From Armatimonadota bacterium (lineage in GTDB: Bacteria > Armatimonadota > HRBIN16): 64,000 bases of DNA. Location: positions 448,001 to 512,000 of the forward strand of contig OY781964.1 in NCBI GenBank assembly GCA_963677485.1, written 5' to 3'. Below, piece by piece: positions 27,620 to 36,338 of the stretch. The notes beneath the pieces were generated by a model, which saw only the letters and a program-made list of their open reading frames with translations, was not told the DNA's origin and did not search any database. Each line of letters begins with the position of its first letter. Positions within the stretch are counted from its first letter, which is position 1. A program made the position numbers and the translations under genes.

Positions 27620-27649
27620 CGGGTTACCTCTCAGTTTGGGTCGTATTGA

Positions 27650-29410
27650 TTACAGAATAACGGGTGTTACTTTTCGAAGCGATACCGACATGACTGCCAG
27701 CCCTACTCCGTTGTTATATTGAATATCCTCTGCGATCAGCGTCAATTGGTGCCGACCAGGCGAATCTATGGTGAGCCGTCCCAGCACGGAAACCGCTTGG
27801 GTGTAATATCGGGCTGCGACATCGTCGATGAGCTCATCCTGCTGCACCACAGCGGTGATGACCGCGTCTCCAACCTGCAGCCGCACTTTGTGACCACCCG
27901 CCCACGGGTTGCTATGATGCAGTCCGGTGGAGATCATCGACAGCTCGTAGACACCGGCCTCACTCACCATGAAGTCCCACGAAAGCGAAGTCTTCGGACT
28001 GAACCAGTTCACCACAGCCCCTACGGGGCATACGCTGGCTTCGGTGCCAGGCTCCACTCCGGTATTGTCTATCTGCGCGGATGCGGCAGGTAAAGTGATG
28101 GTTCCATCGGGTTGCTGGGTAATCACATTGTCGACTTCGGCCAGTCCGTCAAATTCAACCGTCAAAACCGGACACATCACAGACTGCGGCATGTCAGGAA
28201 CCTCGACAGCCAATCTCTTCTGTCCGCTAGCAGGATCAATCTCCTGCTGAAACACCAGATCGACACCGGGCTCATGCAGCAGATACGCCCTCTTTACGGT
28301 ATTGTGCAGTCCGTTGAGGCTGAGTGTCTTTGGCATATGGTGCAGATGCAGGTACAGCTTGCCGGGTTTCTGGGTGATAGATACGCCTTTGGGGCTATCA
28401 AAAAATGGTGTAGGCAGGGTGCCGTGTATCGACTCGGAGTTCAATTCCATCCAATCACCCAAATCATCGAGCACATCAATACTTACCGGAGGGAACACGC
28501 CTTCACAGGTCGGCCCAATATTGAGCACGTAATTCACATTTTTACTAGCCGAGCCAGATAATAATGCCAGCACATCCTCCGCCGACTTCCAATTCGTGTC
28601 AAACGACTTATACCCCCAGGTATCGTTCAGGGTGGCCACCGTCTCCCAGTCGCCTTCCATCACCTGACCGGAAATCTGGTTGTCGCCGAAACTGCCATAG
28701 TCACCCAACCCGTTGACCAGTCTGTTGTTGATGATGCAATCCGGCTGCAGGCTCTTAACCAGCTCGTACAGCTGCTGTGATTGTTCAAGACTGATGGTGA
28801 ATGGGCAGTCAAACCAGATCGCCCCAATCGGTCCATATCCGGTCAGCAGCTCCGTGACCTGAGGCCTTACCTTACGTTCAAAGTATTCGTCGAAGTCGCT
28901 CTTCTGGACGTCTTGAAAATCCCAGTTGTTGCACCAGCTCATTTCGAAGTTGGGCTGCTCCGCATCGAATCCGCCGCCGCCGAACTCATGCCAGTCGAGT
29001 GACTGCGAGTAATAGAAACAGAGCTTGACGCCATGTTTCTGACACGCCTCAGCAAGCTCCGCCATCGGGTCACGCCCGAATGGGGTGGCATCGACAATGT
29101 TATACGGATCGCACTTCGAGTGATACATTGCGAAGCCATCATGGTGCTTCGCCGTGATGATGAGGTATTTCATCCCAGCGCGGCTGGCCAACCGTGCCCA
29201 TTGGTCGGCGTCGAACGCCACGGGGTTGAACTCTGCAGCCAACTGCTCATACTCGGCGATGGGGATGCGGAATTCACTCATGATCCACTCGCCGATGTTC
29301 TTCTGACGCTGGCCCTTCCACTCGCCACCGAGAACGCTATAGAGCCCCCAATGGATCATCATCCCGAACCGGGCCTCACGCCACCATTGCATATACTCTT
29401 TGTTCTTCAT
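27650..29410 (-). CDS. Alpha-L-fucosidase (GH29) with C-terminal beta-sandwich, no signal peptide
   Basis: WWREARFGMMIHWGLYS, TAKHHDGF, YYSQSLDWH, IWFD nucleophile, WGY and LNIGPT. Confidence 0.93.
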   Translation of the reverse strand: MKNKEYMQWWREARFGMMIHWGLYSVLGGEWKGQRQKNIGEWIMSEFRIPIAEYEQLAAEFNPVAFDADQWARLASRAGMKYLIITAKHHDGFAMYHSKCDPYNIVDATPFGRDPMAELAEACQKHGVKLCFYYSQSLDWHEFGGGGFDAEQPNFEMSWCNNWDFQDVQKSDFDEYFERKVRPQVTELLTGYGPIGAIWFDCPFTISLEQSQQLYELVKSLQPDCIINNRLVNGLGDYGSFGDNQISGQVMEGDWETVATLNDTWGYKSFDTNWKSAEDVLALLSGSASKNVNYVLNIGPTCEGVFPPVSIDVLDDLGDWMELNSESIHGTLPTPFFDSPKGVSITQKPGKLYLHLHHMPKTLSLNGLHNTVKRAYLLHEPGVDLVFQQEIDPASGQKRLAVEVPDMPQSVMCPVLTVEFDGLAEVDNVITQQPDGTITLPAASAQIDNTGVEPGTEASVCPVGAVVNWFSPKTSLSWDFMVSEAGVYELSMISTGLHHSNPWAGGHKVRLQVGDAVITAVVQQDELIDDVAARYYTQAVSVLGRLTIDSPGRHQLTLIAEDIQYNNGVGLAVMSVSLRKVTPVIL

Positions 29411-29637
29411 TAGCGTCCTCTTAAAGGCATTGGGCAGCGGTGTATCACCGCATGTGGTTTCGTGCGATATCAGGCTCACCACCGTGTATATTTCACCATC
29501 GCGGAGCCACCCCCCTGCATCATTCGGTGTGATATACAGACCATTCTATGGAATGATGGTGCTGACAACGCATCTGTGGGTATGCTATAGTGATGTTTGA
29601 CCAGCTCAACCGCCAAACCCAAGGAGCATATCATACG

Positions 29638-30858
29638 ATGAATACCAGCAATCAGCGCATCATCCGTGAGCTCGCGAAGCTAGTGGCCGAGATCGCTGCT
29701 CTTCCCGTCCAACAGCAACGCCGCGAGCTCTGGACGAAACACAACAGCCTTCAGCGAGTCAGGCCGATGGTGCTGGTATTCCCGGAGGGTGCCTGGAGCG
29801 AGCTGCTGCCAGCCGATGTGCTGCAATGCGATGATCCCGATGCCCAAGGCATCGAGTGGGAGCTGCGGAGGCGAATCTACGCACACACTCACTTCATGTC
29901 GGACAACCTGGTGGAGGCCACATGGCCTGTTCATAAACACGTCAGCCATACCGACTGGGGACTCACACCGAGGCACCACGACAGCCCCGCCGCCCGAGGA
30001 GCCTGGGGATTTGAACCGGTGATTAATGACCATGCAGACCTTGCCAAGCTGAAATTCCCCGAAGTCAGCTATCTGGAAGAGCCCACAATGCAAAACCTGA
30101 CCGCGATGAAGGAGCTGTTCGGTGATATCCTCGATGTGCGCCTGCGAGGCATCACCCACATCTCCTTCCATGCGATGGGCCAATATTCCGCACTGCGTGG
30201 GCTGGAACAGGTCATGCTGGATATGTACGAGCAGCCTGAGATGCTGCACGAGGCGATGGCCTTCTATGAAGCGGGTTACCGGCATATGCTGGAGCAATAT
30301 GTAATGCAGAACCTGCTGGATCTGAACAACGACGACACCTACCACAACTCAGGCGGCAACGGATTCACTAACGAGCTGCCCGCACCGGGTTTTGATCCCG
30401 CACGGGTGCGGCTGTGCGACATGTGGGGCTCGTCTGAAGCGCAAGAGATGGCGCAGGTCTCACCGCAGCAGCACGATGAGTTCATTCTGCAATACGAAAA
30501 GCGGCTACTGGAGCCGTTCGGTCTGACCGGCTACGGCTGCTGTGAAGACTTAAGCCGCAAACTCGATCTCGTGTTCACCATCCCGCACATCCGACGCATC
30601 TCCATTTCACCCTGGGCGGATGTGGATGTCAGTGCCGAAAAGCTGGCGGGCAACTATATCTTCTCCTGGAAGCCCAACCCCGCCCATCTGGTCGGTGACT
30701 TCCAGTCCGATTTTGTGCGGAACTACATTAAGCACACCGTCGATGTGGCGGGTGACGGCGTGCTGGAGATCATTTTGAAGGACACGCACACCTGCCAGAA
30801 CCACCCCGAGCGCTTTGACGAGTGGACCGAGATCGCCTGGGAGCTCGTGCAGGGGTAG
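29638..30858 (+). CDS. URO-D/MtaA-fold TIM-barrel protein (YGCC subfamily), function unknown
   Basis: W.KHNSL...RPMV, LRGLEQVMLDMY, AQEMAQVSP, GYGCCEDL, SISPW, SWKPNPA and IILKDTHT. Confidence 0.7.
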   Translation: MNTSNQRIIRELAKLVAEIAALPVQQQRRELWTKHNSLQRVRPMVLVFPEGAWSELLPADVLQCDDPDAQGIEWELRRRIYAHTHFMSDNLVEATWPVHKHVSHTDWGLTPRHHDSPAARGAWGFEPVINDHADLAKLKFPEVSYLEEPTMQNLTAMKELFGDILDVRLRGITHISFHAMGQYSALRGLEQVMLDMYEQPEMLHEAMAFYEAGYRHMLEQYVMQNLLDLNNDDTYHNSGGNGFTNELPAPGFDPARVRLCDMWGSSEAQEMAQVSPQQHDEFILQYEKRLLEPFGLTGYGCCEDLSRKLDLVFTIPHIRRISISPWADVDVSAEKLAGNYIFSWKPNPAHLVGDFQSDFVRNYIKHTVDVAGDGVLEIILKDTHTCQNHPERFDEWTEIAWELVQG

Positions 30859-30888
30859 CAGAAGGAGCCAACCCATAGGTCACCCGTA

Positions 30889-31653
30889 CTACGCGCTTTG
30901 CGATAATCGGTCAAGGTAGCTCAGAGATCGCGTGCGGAAGTCGTCTAGGGAGACAAACTGCTTATCTGCGGCTGATGTAATCCGGCTCCGGTCCTTCTTA
31001 GGCAGGTTGTCAAAATCGTCGTGCACAACCATGCTGCTGAATGACAGTCCGGCACGTTGGAACTCCAGACATGAGATAGTGGCCAACCTGGCTTTCGCGG
31101 AGTCCCTCACACCAAAGAGATATACCGCCCTGTGACCAATGTTGAACTGCCAGTCGACTTCCAGATCATCCCTGTCTGCGATAGGCATCATATTCTGCTG
31201 CGGTGAATACTTGGCCAGGCTTTCTTCAACAAATCCCTGAAGCAGCTCATAGAACAGGCTTTGCACGACTTCTCGGCGGTAGAGCTGCATATTGGCCACT
31301 TTTCCTACGGTCTGAGCGAACTGTAATACAGAGGGATACAGGCGTTCCGGTTCTGCATCAAGATACAGGTTGCCATTGTCTTCAGACACTCGGTTTTCGG
31401 TGATGATCCGATGAAAAATGCGTTCCTTGTTTGGAGTGTCAAGCTCGTAGTTATATGACAGGCGCATCAATGTCATGCCGAAATCGCAAATACGCACCCT
31501 ATGGTCGCTGCGCTCTGACGTATCCAAAAACAAGTCAACCATATCGCCATCTTCGTGATACAACGGTGCCACGAGTTGCAGGATATTCGGTCGTTTTTCG
31601 ACCAATGCCAGTTGATTATTAAATTGTGCGCGCAGCAGACTGATGTAGTCCAT
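30889..31653 (-). CDS. DUF1828-like protein with a C-terminal DUF1829/restriction-fold-like region
   Basis: APLYHEDGDMVDLFL, RICDFGMTLMRLSY..LDTPNKERIF and DLEVDWQF match the DUF1828 pattern as I recall it. Confidence 0.7.
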   Translation of the reverse strand: MDYISLLRAQFNNQLALVEKRPNILQLVAPLYHEDGDMVDLFLDTSERSDHRVRICDFGMTLMRLSYNYELDTPNKERIFHRIITENRVSEDNGNLYLDAEPERLYPSVLQFAQTVGKVANMQLYRREVVQSLFYELLQGFVEESLAKYSPQQNMMPIADRDDLEVDWQFNIGHRAVYLFGVRDSAKARLATISCLEFQRAGLSFSSMVVHDDFDNLPKKDRSRITSAADKQFVSLDDFRTRSLSYLDRLSQSA

Positions 31654-31655
31654 CG

Positions 31656-32162
31656 TTAGTTATCCCCGTCGAAGTCCAAGGGAAGCTCAAGATATTTCTT
31701 TGGAAAGGCTTTTTCTATGTCCGATTTGTCAACATTGACATAGTTCAGGAAATAGATAATAGCATCTTCATATGAAGCATACCCTGATTCAATGGTAGCA
31801 TGTCGTTCGGCGAGAATACCAGAGTTTAGGTCATCAGCCATCATATGATGTGAGTGGTAATAGAAATGTGGATGACCGAACCCGAGTTCAGCATGGTTAC
31901 CGTGTGGCCCATTACAACGATAAAGGTTGAAAGACTGTCCCTCTCGGGACAGATATCGCAACCCGATAGTGAAGTTCTCAGGGAATTGCTCGTTTTTCCG
32001 CATGAACACTGAGAACTTATCGGTTCCGTCTTCAGACTCGAGCATCATGTCATTGCGGTAAGATCCCCGTTCGGCCTTCATTCCACGCTTAGGTTGTTGG
32101 CTGATACGTTTCGGACATCCGATTAACCGCACGATATCATCATTGGTGTAATCTGGCATCAT
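31656..32162 (-). CDS. His-rich DUF6978-like hypothetical protein
   Basis: LIGCPKRI, FSVFMRKN, FTIGL and LYRCNGPHGNH...HPHFYYHSHH; AT-richer than the flanks; 2 bp from the DUF1828 gene. Confidence 0.6.
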   Translation of the reverse strand: MMPDYTNDDIVRLIGCPKRISQQPKRGMKAERGSYRNDMMLESEDGTDKFSVFMRKNEQFPENFTIGLRYLSREGQSFNLYRCNGPHGNHAELGFGHPHFYYHSHHMMADDLNSGILAERHATIESGYASYEDAIIYFLNYVNVDKSDIEKAFPKKYLELPLDFDGDN

Positions 32163-32267
32163 CGCACCTCGGTGGCCATGAATTTAGTAACACAAGAGAC
32201 ATAATATCGTATTCCTAGGTAACGAACGAAGTGGGCTACCACGTAACTACCATCACCCCCACCCCTC

Positions 32268-34592
32268 TCACTCCGTGGTGGTAATCATCGCGCTCCGCCA
32301 GATGCCGCCGGGGCCGGCGAGGTTGTTCACCTTGATCGCAATCCGGTTGACGGCATCCGGCTTGTACTTGCCGGCGATATCGACGGCCACCGGCTTGTCC
32401 CACACATCGCCAGGGGCGCCGACACTGTGGCCGATCGGCTGGCCATTCAGCCAGCCGTTCCAGCTATCGTCGATCGCCCCAAACAGCAGCCACACATGCT
32501 TGGCATTGCTGGCTGGGATGTTCACATCCGTGACATACCAGGCATCACCAAGATACTGGCCCACCCACTGTTTGTCCCAGAACTCCGCCACGGAGATGGG
32601 CTTATAGGCTTTGGTATCAGCGGATGGCTCGAACCACCGCTGCGGTTCGCCCTGCTTCTGAGGGTCGGTGCGGAACAGCCACTGGTCAGGAAGCTTCACC
32701 AACTGTTTGCCGCTGATCGCGGTAGTGGCCGAAGAGCTCTCCTCTGGCCCCAGTGGTTGCCAGGCCGCCAGGTTGATGGCAAACCCATATTTATGCACCA
32801 GCTTATATATCTCCGCTTTGATCTGCGACATCTGAGCCAGCACCTTCAGGTCACCGCTGCCGGAGGCCTCTTTCGCCAGGTAGAATTCTGCAAACAGCAT
32901 CGACATCCGGGCGCGCTCCACCCTTGCGAGCTGATCGGGGGTGATCTTCTTCTTTTCAGCCGAGTTCAAGATGCGGTACGAATCTTTGATCATCTTGGGG
33001 GTGTATTTCGGCAGATCGTTCTGCTTCACATGCTTGCTGGGTGATCTGTATACGGCTTCTTGCTGTAGCTCCCAGAACCGCTGCAGGTCCCCAGCGGCCG
33101 CCCCATAAGCGATCGGGCAAAGCTCCTTGAGGTAGCTCTTGTAGTCGGTCTCTAAATCCCACAGCAGTCTGGCGCGGTATCCAAGCGTAACAGGTGCCGC
33201 CTCCATCGAGGTGTCAATTTCGTCGGAGATATATCGCACACCCAGTTTATGCAGTGACCGATAGTAGTCGGCATCGGATTCCCAATAGGCCTGAGGTGTT
33301 TCGACCATGTAGTAGTCCAGGTAGCTGTAGATCGAAGTAGCGGGCGATATCGCCATCCATCGCTTCAGGTCCGACAGACCGCGGCTGTTCTCTGGGCAGG
33401 AGGCGTCCAGGAATTTGTGCTTCGGGCAGTGATACCACATCGTGTATTCGATCATCACGTTGTTTCGCGGGAAGTTCTTGACAGGCAGCGAGCGTGTGGA
33501 GCCATACGCGAAGGTGCCGATCCACTTTCCGGGGTATTTCTGCTCAACCCGCTCTGCAATGATGTTCACCAGATAGAGCCAGCGGTCCGTCATCGGCAGG
33601 TCTTCTTTGCCGCCATTCTTCGACCAGTCAACCGCCACTGGATCGAGCCTTTTGCAGTTATCACACTCACACCAATAACTGGGTTCATCATTAGCGCCAA
33701 CAAAGTATCGTTGAGCCGTGGGATTGGCCGCGAAGTAGTCCATCACGACGTTCACGATGTGATCCACCACGGCTGGATTGCTGATGCATGGGAAGGCGGT
33801 CGTCCCGATGGGATGTAACGCGGTACGAACCCCTTTCACCAGCGAGAACCATTCGGGGTGCTGCGCGAACAGTTCGGCAGGCATCAGGTCGGTCGTGGTG
33901 GTATGGCCCGAGGTCTCTTTCCACTCACCGCCCCGCTGTTCGCCGTAGTCCCATGTGCGCGAATAGCTGGCCTTGAACCTGTTCCACTTGTTCCGCGCGG
34001 CCCATTCCACATAACTCTCCACATCGATATGCTTCGGCTCCTCGCCAGGCTGTGCCGCGACTTGAACGCAGTGCCCGCCCCGCATCAGGAAATCTGGGGT
34101 ATGCAGCAGCTCCAGATTCGGCATATTGATGGGGCCTTTGGCTGGCAGGCATTCGCCATACTGTCCCGGCCACAGCCAGCGACAGCCGATCCGATAGAGC
34201 AGCTCCTGCACAGCATAGTAGGTGCCACGAGGGTCTTTCCCAGCACAGATGATACGGCGTGGGCTGATGCTCAAATACAAACCCTCGGTGCCCAGCTTCG
34301 ACAGTTTGGAATCCAGCTTCTCGGACGCTGGCGCGCAGCCGATGAACAGGCATCGACCCTTTTGTGCCGCACTGGTGATCGCCACCTCACGGCCAGTGAT
34401 GCTCTTGAAGATGCGTTGGAGGTCCTTCGCACTGGCCGTCTGGACGGCATTAGGTGCCTCTCCCACCACGATGGCGACGATGTCACCACCCTTCGCGGGC
34501 ACTTTGCTAGTCGTCTGTGCCATGACCGTGCTGGTGATCCACATCAAGCTGATGACCAGAACACCGATTATCACCCTATCGAACCTCATCAT
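32268..34592 (-). CDS. Secreted DUF4838-domain putative glycoside hydrolase with C-terminal GH2-type sugar-binding domain
   Basis: Signal peptide; GKDPRGTYYAVQELL..IGCRWLWPG, HPEWFSL, NDEPSYWCECDNC; C-terminal WLFRTDP...YLGDAWY...FGAIDD...GPGGIWR. Confidence 0.8.
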   Translation of the reverse strand: MMRFDRVIIGVLVISLMWITSTVMAQTTSKVPAKGGDIVAIVVGEAPNAVQTASAKDLQRIFKSITGREVAITSAAQKGRCLFIGCAPASEKLDSKLSKLGTEGLYLSISPRRIICAGKDPRGTYYAVQELLYRIGCRWLWPGQYGECLPAKGPINMPNLELLHTPDFLMRGGHCVQVAAQPGEEPKHIDVESYVEWAARNKWNRFKASYSRTWDYGEQRGGEWKETSGHTTTTDLMPAELFAQHPEWFSLVKGVRTALHPIGTTAFPCISNPAVVDHIVNVVMDYFAANPTAQRYFVGANDEPSYWCECDNCKRLDPVAVDWSKNGGKEDLPMTDRWLYLVNIIAERVEQKYPGKWIGTFAYGSTRSLPVKNFPRNNVMIEYTMWYHCPKHKFLDASCPENSRGLSDLKRWMAISPATSIYSYLDYYMVETPQAYWESDADYYRSLHKLGVRYISDEIDTSMEAAPVTLGYRARLLWDLETDYKSYLKELCPIAYGAAAGDLQRFWELQQEAVYRSPSKHVKQNDLPKYTPKMIKDSYRILNSAEKKKITPDQLARVERARMSMLFAEFYLAKEASGSGDLKVLAQMSQIKAEIYKLVHKYGFAINLAAWQPLGPEESSSATTAISGKQLVKLPDQWLFRTDPQKQGEPQRWFEPSADTKAYKPISVAEFWDKQWVGQYLGDAWYVTDVNIPASNAKHVWLLFGAIDDSWNGWLNGQPIGHSVGAPGDVWDKPVAVDIAGKYKPDAVNRIAIKVNNLAGPGGIWRSAMITTTE

Positions 34593-34621
34593 ACGTATCT
34601 CCTTATGTGTCGCATAGATTG

Positions 34622-36166
34622 CTATTGCCCTTGCGTTGATGGGGTCAACCGCAAGAACAGAATTTCGTAAGGCCTCATCCACAGTTCATTGGACGCCAGT
34701 GAGCGGGTACTGACTGGCACCTTTCCGGGTATAAACTGGCTGCTGATCCGTGCCTCTTCCGCCAATGTGACCGCCTCGGTGCCTGACACCTTCACCCCCG
34801 CGATTGCCTTCGGGCTCAGGTTGACCAGACAGAGCAGACACGATCCTTGATCTTTGACCGCATAGGCGCTGATCAGCTCGTGCTTCGAACCCGTGACTGC
34901 CACCCCCAGAGTCGGCTTCCCGGCCTGCAAGATCAACACACGAAGCAGCTCATCTATATATTGAGACTGCACAGCCACGGTAGCGTGATCAACACGAGCT
35001 TTTGCCAGATACTGCGTCAGGCCAGCCACCCACATGGCGCCAAACAGCCCCTTGTTGCGGGGGTCAGGCCCAGTTCGCGGGTATGGCGAGTTGATCGTGA
35101 TAGGATCGATGCTGATCTCTGCATCCGGTGCCAACGTGTGCATCGTCCGAACCTGGTCGACGACTGTGGGCAGGTTGTCGATGAAGGTGTCATCATCCCA
35201 CAAATGGAGAACCGGACAGAGTGCCCATGTGAGCGTTTTTGCCTGTTTGTGTTCCGCACCTTTGCCGAGGGTCGTCACAAAAGCCGCGCCAACGCTGCTC
35301 TCGAGGTTCGTTGAACTGCTGAACGCCGGCATCCGTCCACCATCTTCGGTTTTCGAGACCATGACCGTCGTGGGTGTCGATGGTGCAGAGACATGCTCTA
35401 CCGCATCAGTCAACTCTATGGTGAGGGTCGCCGTCTGCTCATCGCCAGCCTTCACATTGGGATACGGGTAGTTGTGCCATCCCAGTGCTTTATACGAGGC
35501 ATCGCCGTATTGCCGCTGGTCTTCCATCCAAAAATGTGAGCCGGTGAGGCTGGTGGTCACGGTCATGCCATCAGCCGTCTTGTAAGCCAGCGAGCTGAAG
35601 GTCTCGGTGATCAGGCCGGGATGCACGTTGACCGGGAATTGGCCGGGTTGCGTAATCCCCTCGCCATCCACAAGCTCATACTTCGTACCGGCAAGTTCAG
35701 GCGTGCCAAACAGCACGTTGATTCCAATCCTTGGTGATGAGAAGTCTTTGTCAGGGCTACCCGTGGCAGTGAATGTGATCTTGCCCGTAGAGCTGCCCAC
35801 AATCCGGCCTTGCCACGAGTATTCAGCCACGGTGTTGGAGCATTTCGCCTTGAAGCTGACATTGAAGGAGTTGCTTGTGCCCTTCACATTCACTGAGGTC
35901 AACACCGGCATGGCTGTATCCCAGTTCGAGTCGCGCACTGCGAAGTAGACCCGTTGGATGATCTGCCGTTCACCCATGCGGATGTGCCGTAGCTCCCCTT
36001 CCAAAAACTCCATAGACAACGGCCCCGCATGAAGCAGCTTGACCCGACTGGGCCCTCTTTCTTCACCAAATAAAGTTATGCTCTGCTCCTGTTGTCGACT
36101 GCTAGCCGACCAGGCAGGGAGACACAGCATGAAAACAAGCATCATGATGGTAGTGATTTGAAGCAA
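34622..36166 (-). CDS. Secreted protein with D-apionate lactonase (ApnL)-like N-terminal domain
   Basis: LHAGPLSMEF..GELRHIRMG....IQRVYFAVRDSNWDT, RIGINVL and FWMEDQRQYGDASYK resemble the ApnL-like family; signal peptide present. Confidence 0.55.
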   Translation of the reverse strand: MLQITTIMMLVFMLCLPAWSASSRQQEQSITLFGEERGPSRVKLLHAGPLSMEFLEGELRHIRMGERQIIQRVYFAVRDSNWDTAMPVLTSVNVKGTSNSFNVSFKAKCSNTVAEYSWQGRIVGSSTGKITFTATGSPDKDFSSPRIGINVLFGTPELAGTKYELVDGEGITQPGQFPVNVHPGLITETFSSLAYKTADGMTVTTSLTGSHFWMEDQRQYGDASYKALGWHNYPYPNVKAGDEQTATLTIELTDAVEHVSAPSTPTTVMVSKTEDGGRMPAFSSSTNLESSVGAAFVTTLGKGAEHKQAKTLTWALCPVLHLWDDDTFIDNLPTVVDQVRTMHTLAPDAEISIDPITINSPYPRTGPDPRNKGLFGAMWVAGLTQYLAKARVDHATVAVQSQYIDELLRVLILQAGKPTLGVAVTGSKHELISAYAVKDQGSCLLCLVNLSPKAIAGVKVSGTEAVTLAEEARISSQFIPGKVPVSTRSLASNELWMRPYEILFLRLTPSTQGQ

Positions 36167-36338
36167 TCAGAAACCTCCGTCGCAGTGATCTACTGCCTAC
36201 TGTTAGCTTGCACAAACGCAAGCCGTAATCCTGCAACAACTGACTGTTTGGTCACCATCTGCCGCAGATAAAGGATGTAGGGGTGTCTTTACCGAATACC
36301 ATAATAGATGATAGTGACCGAGTCTCTGGAGGGGTAAC

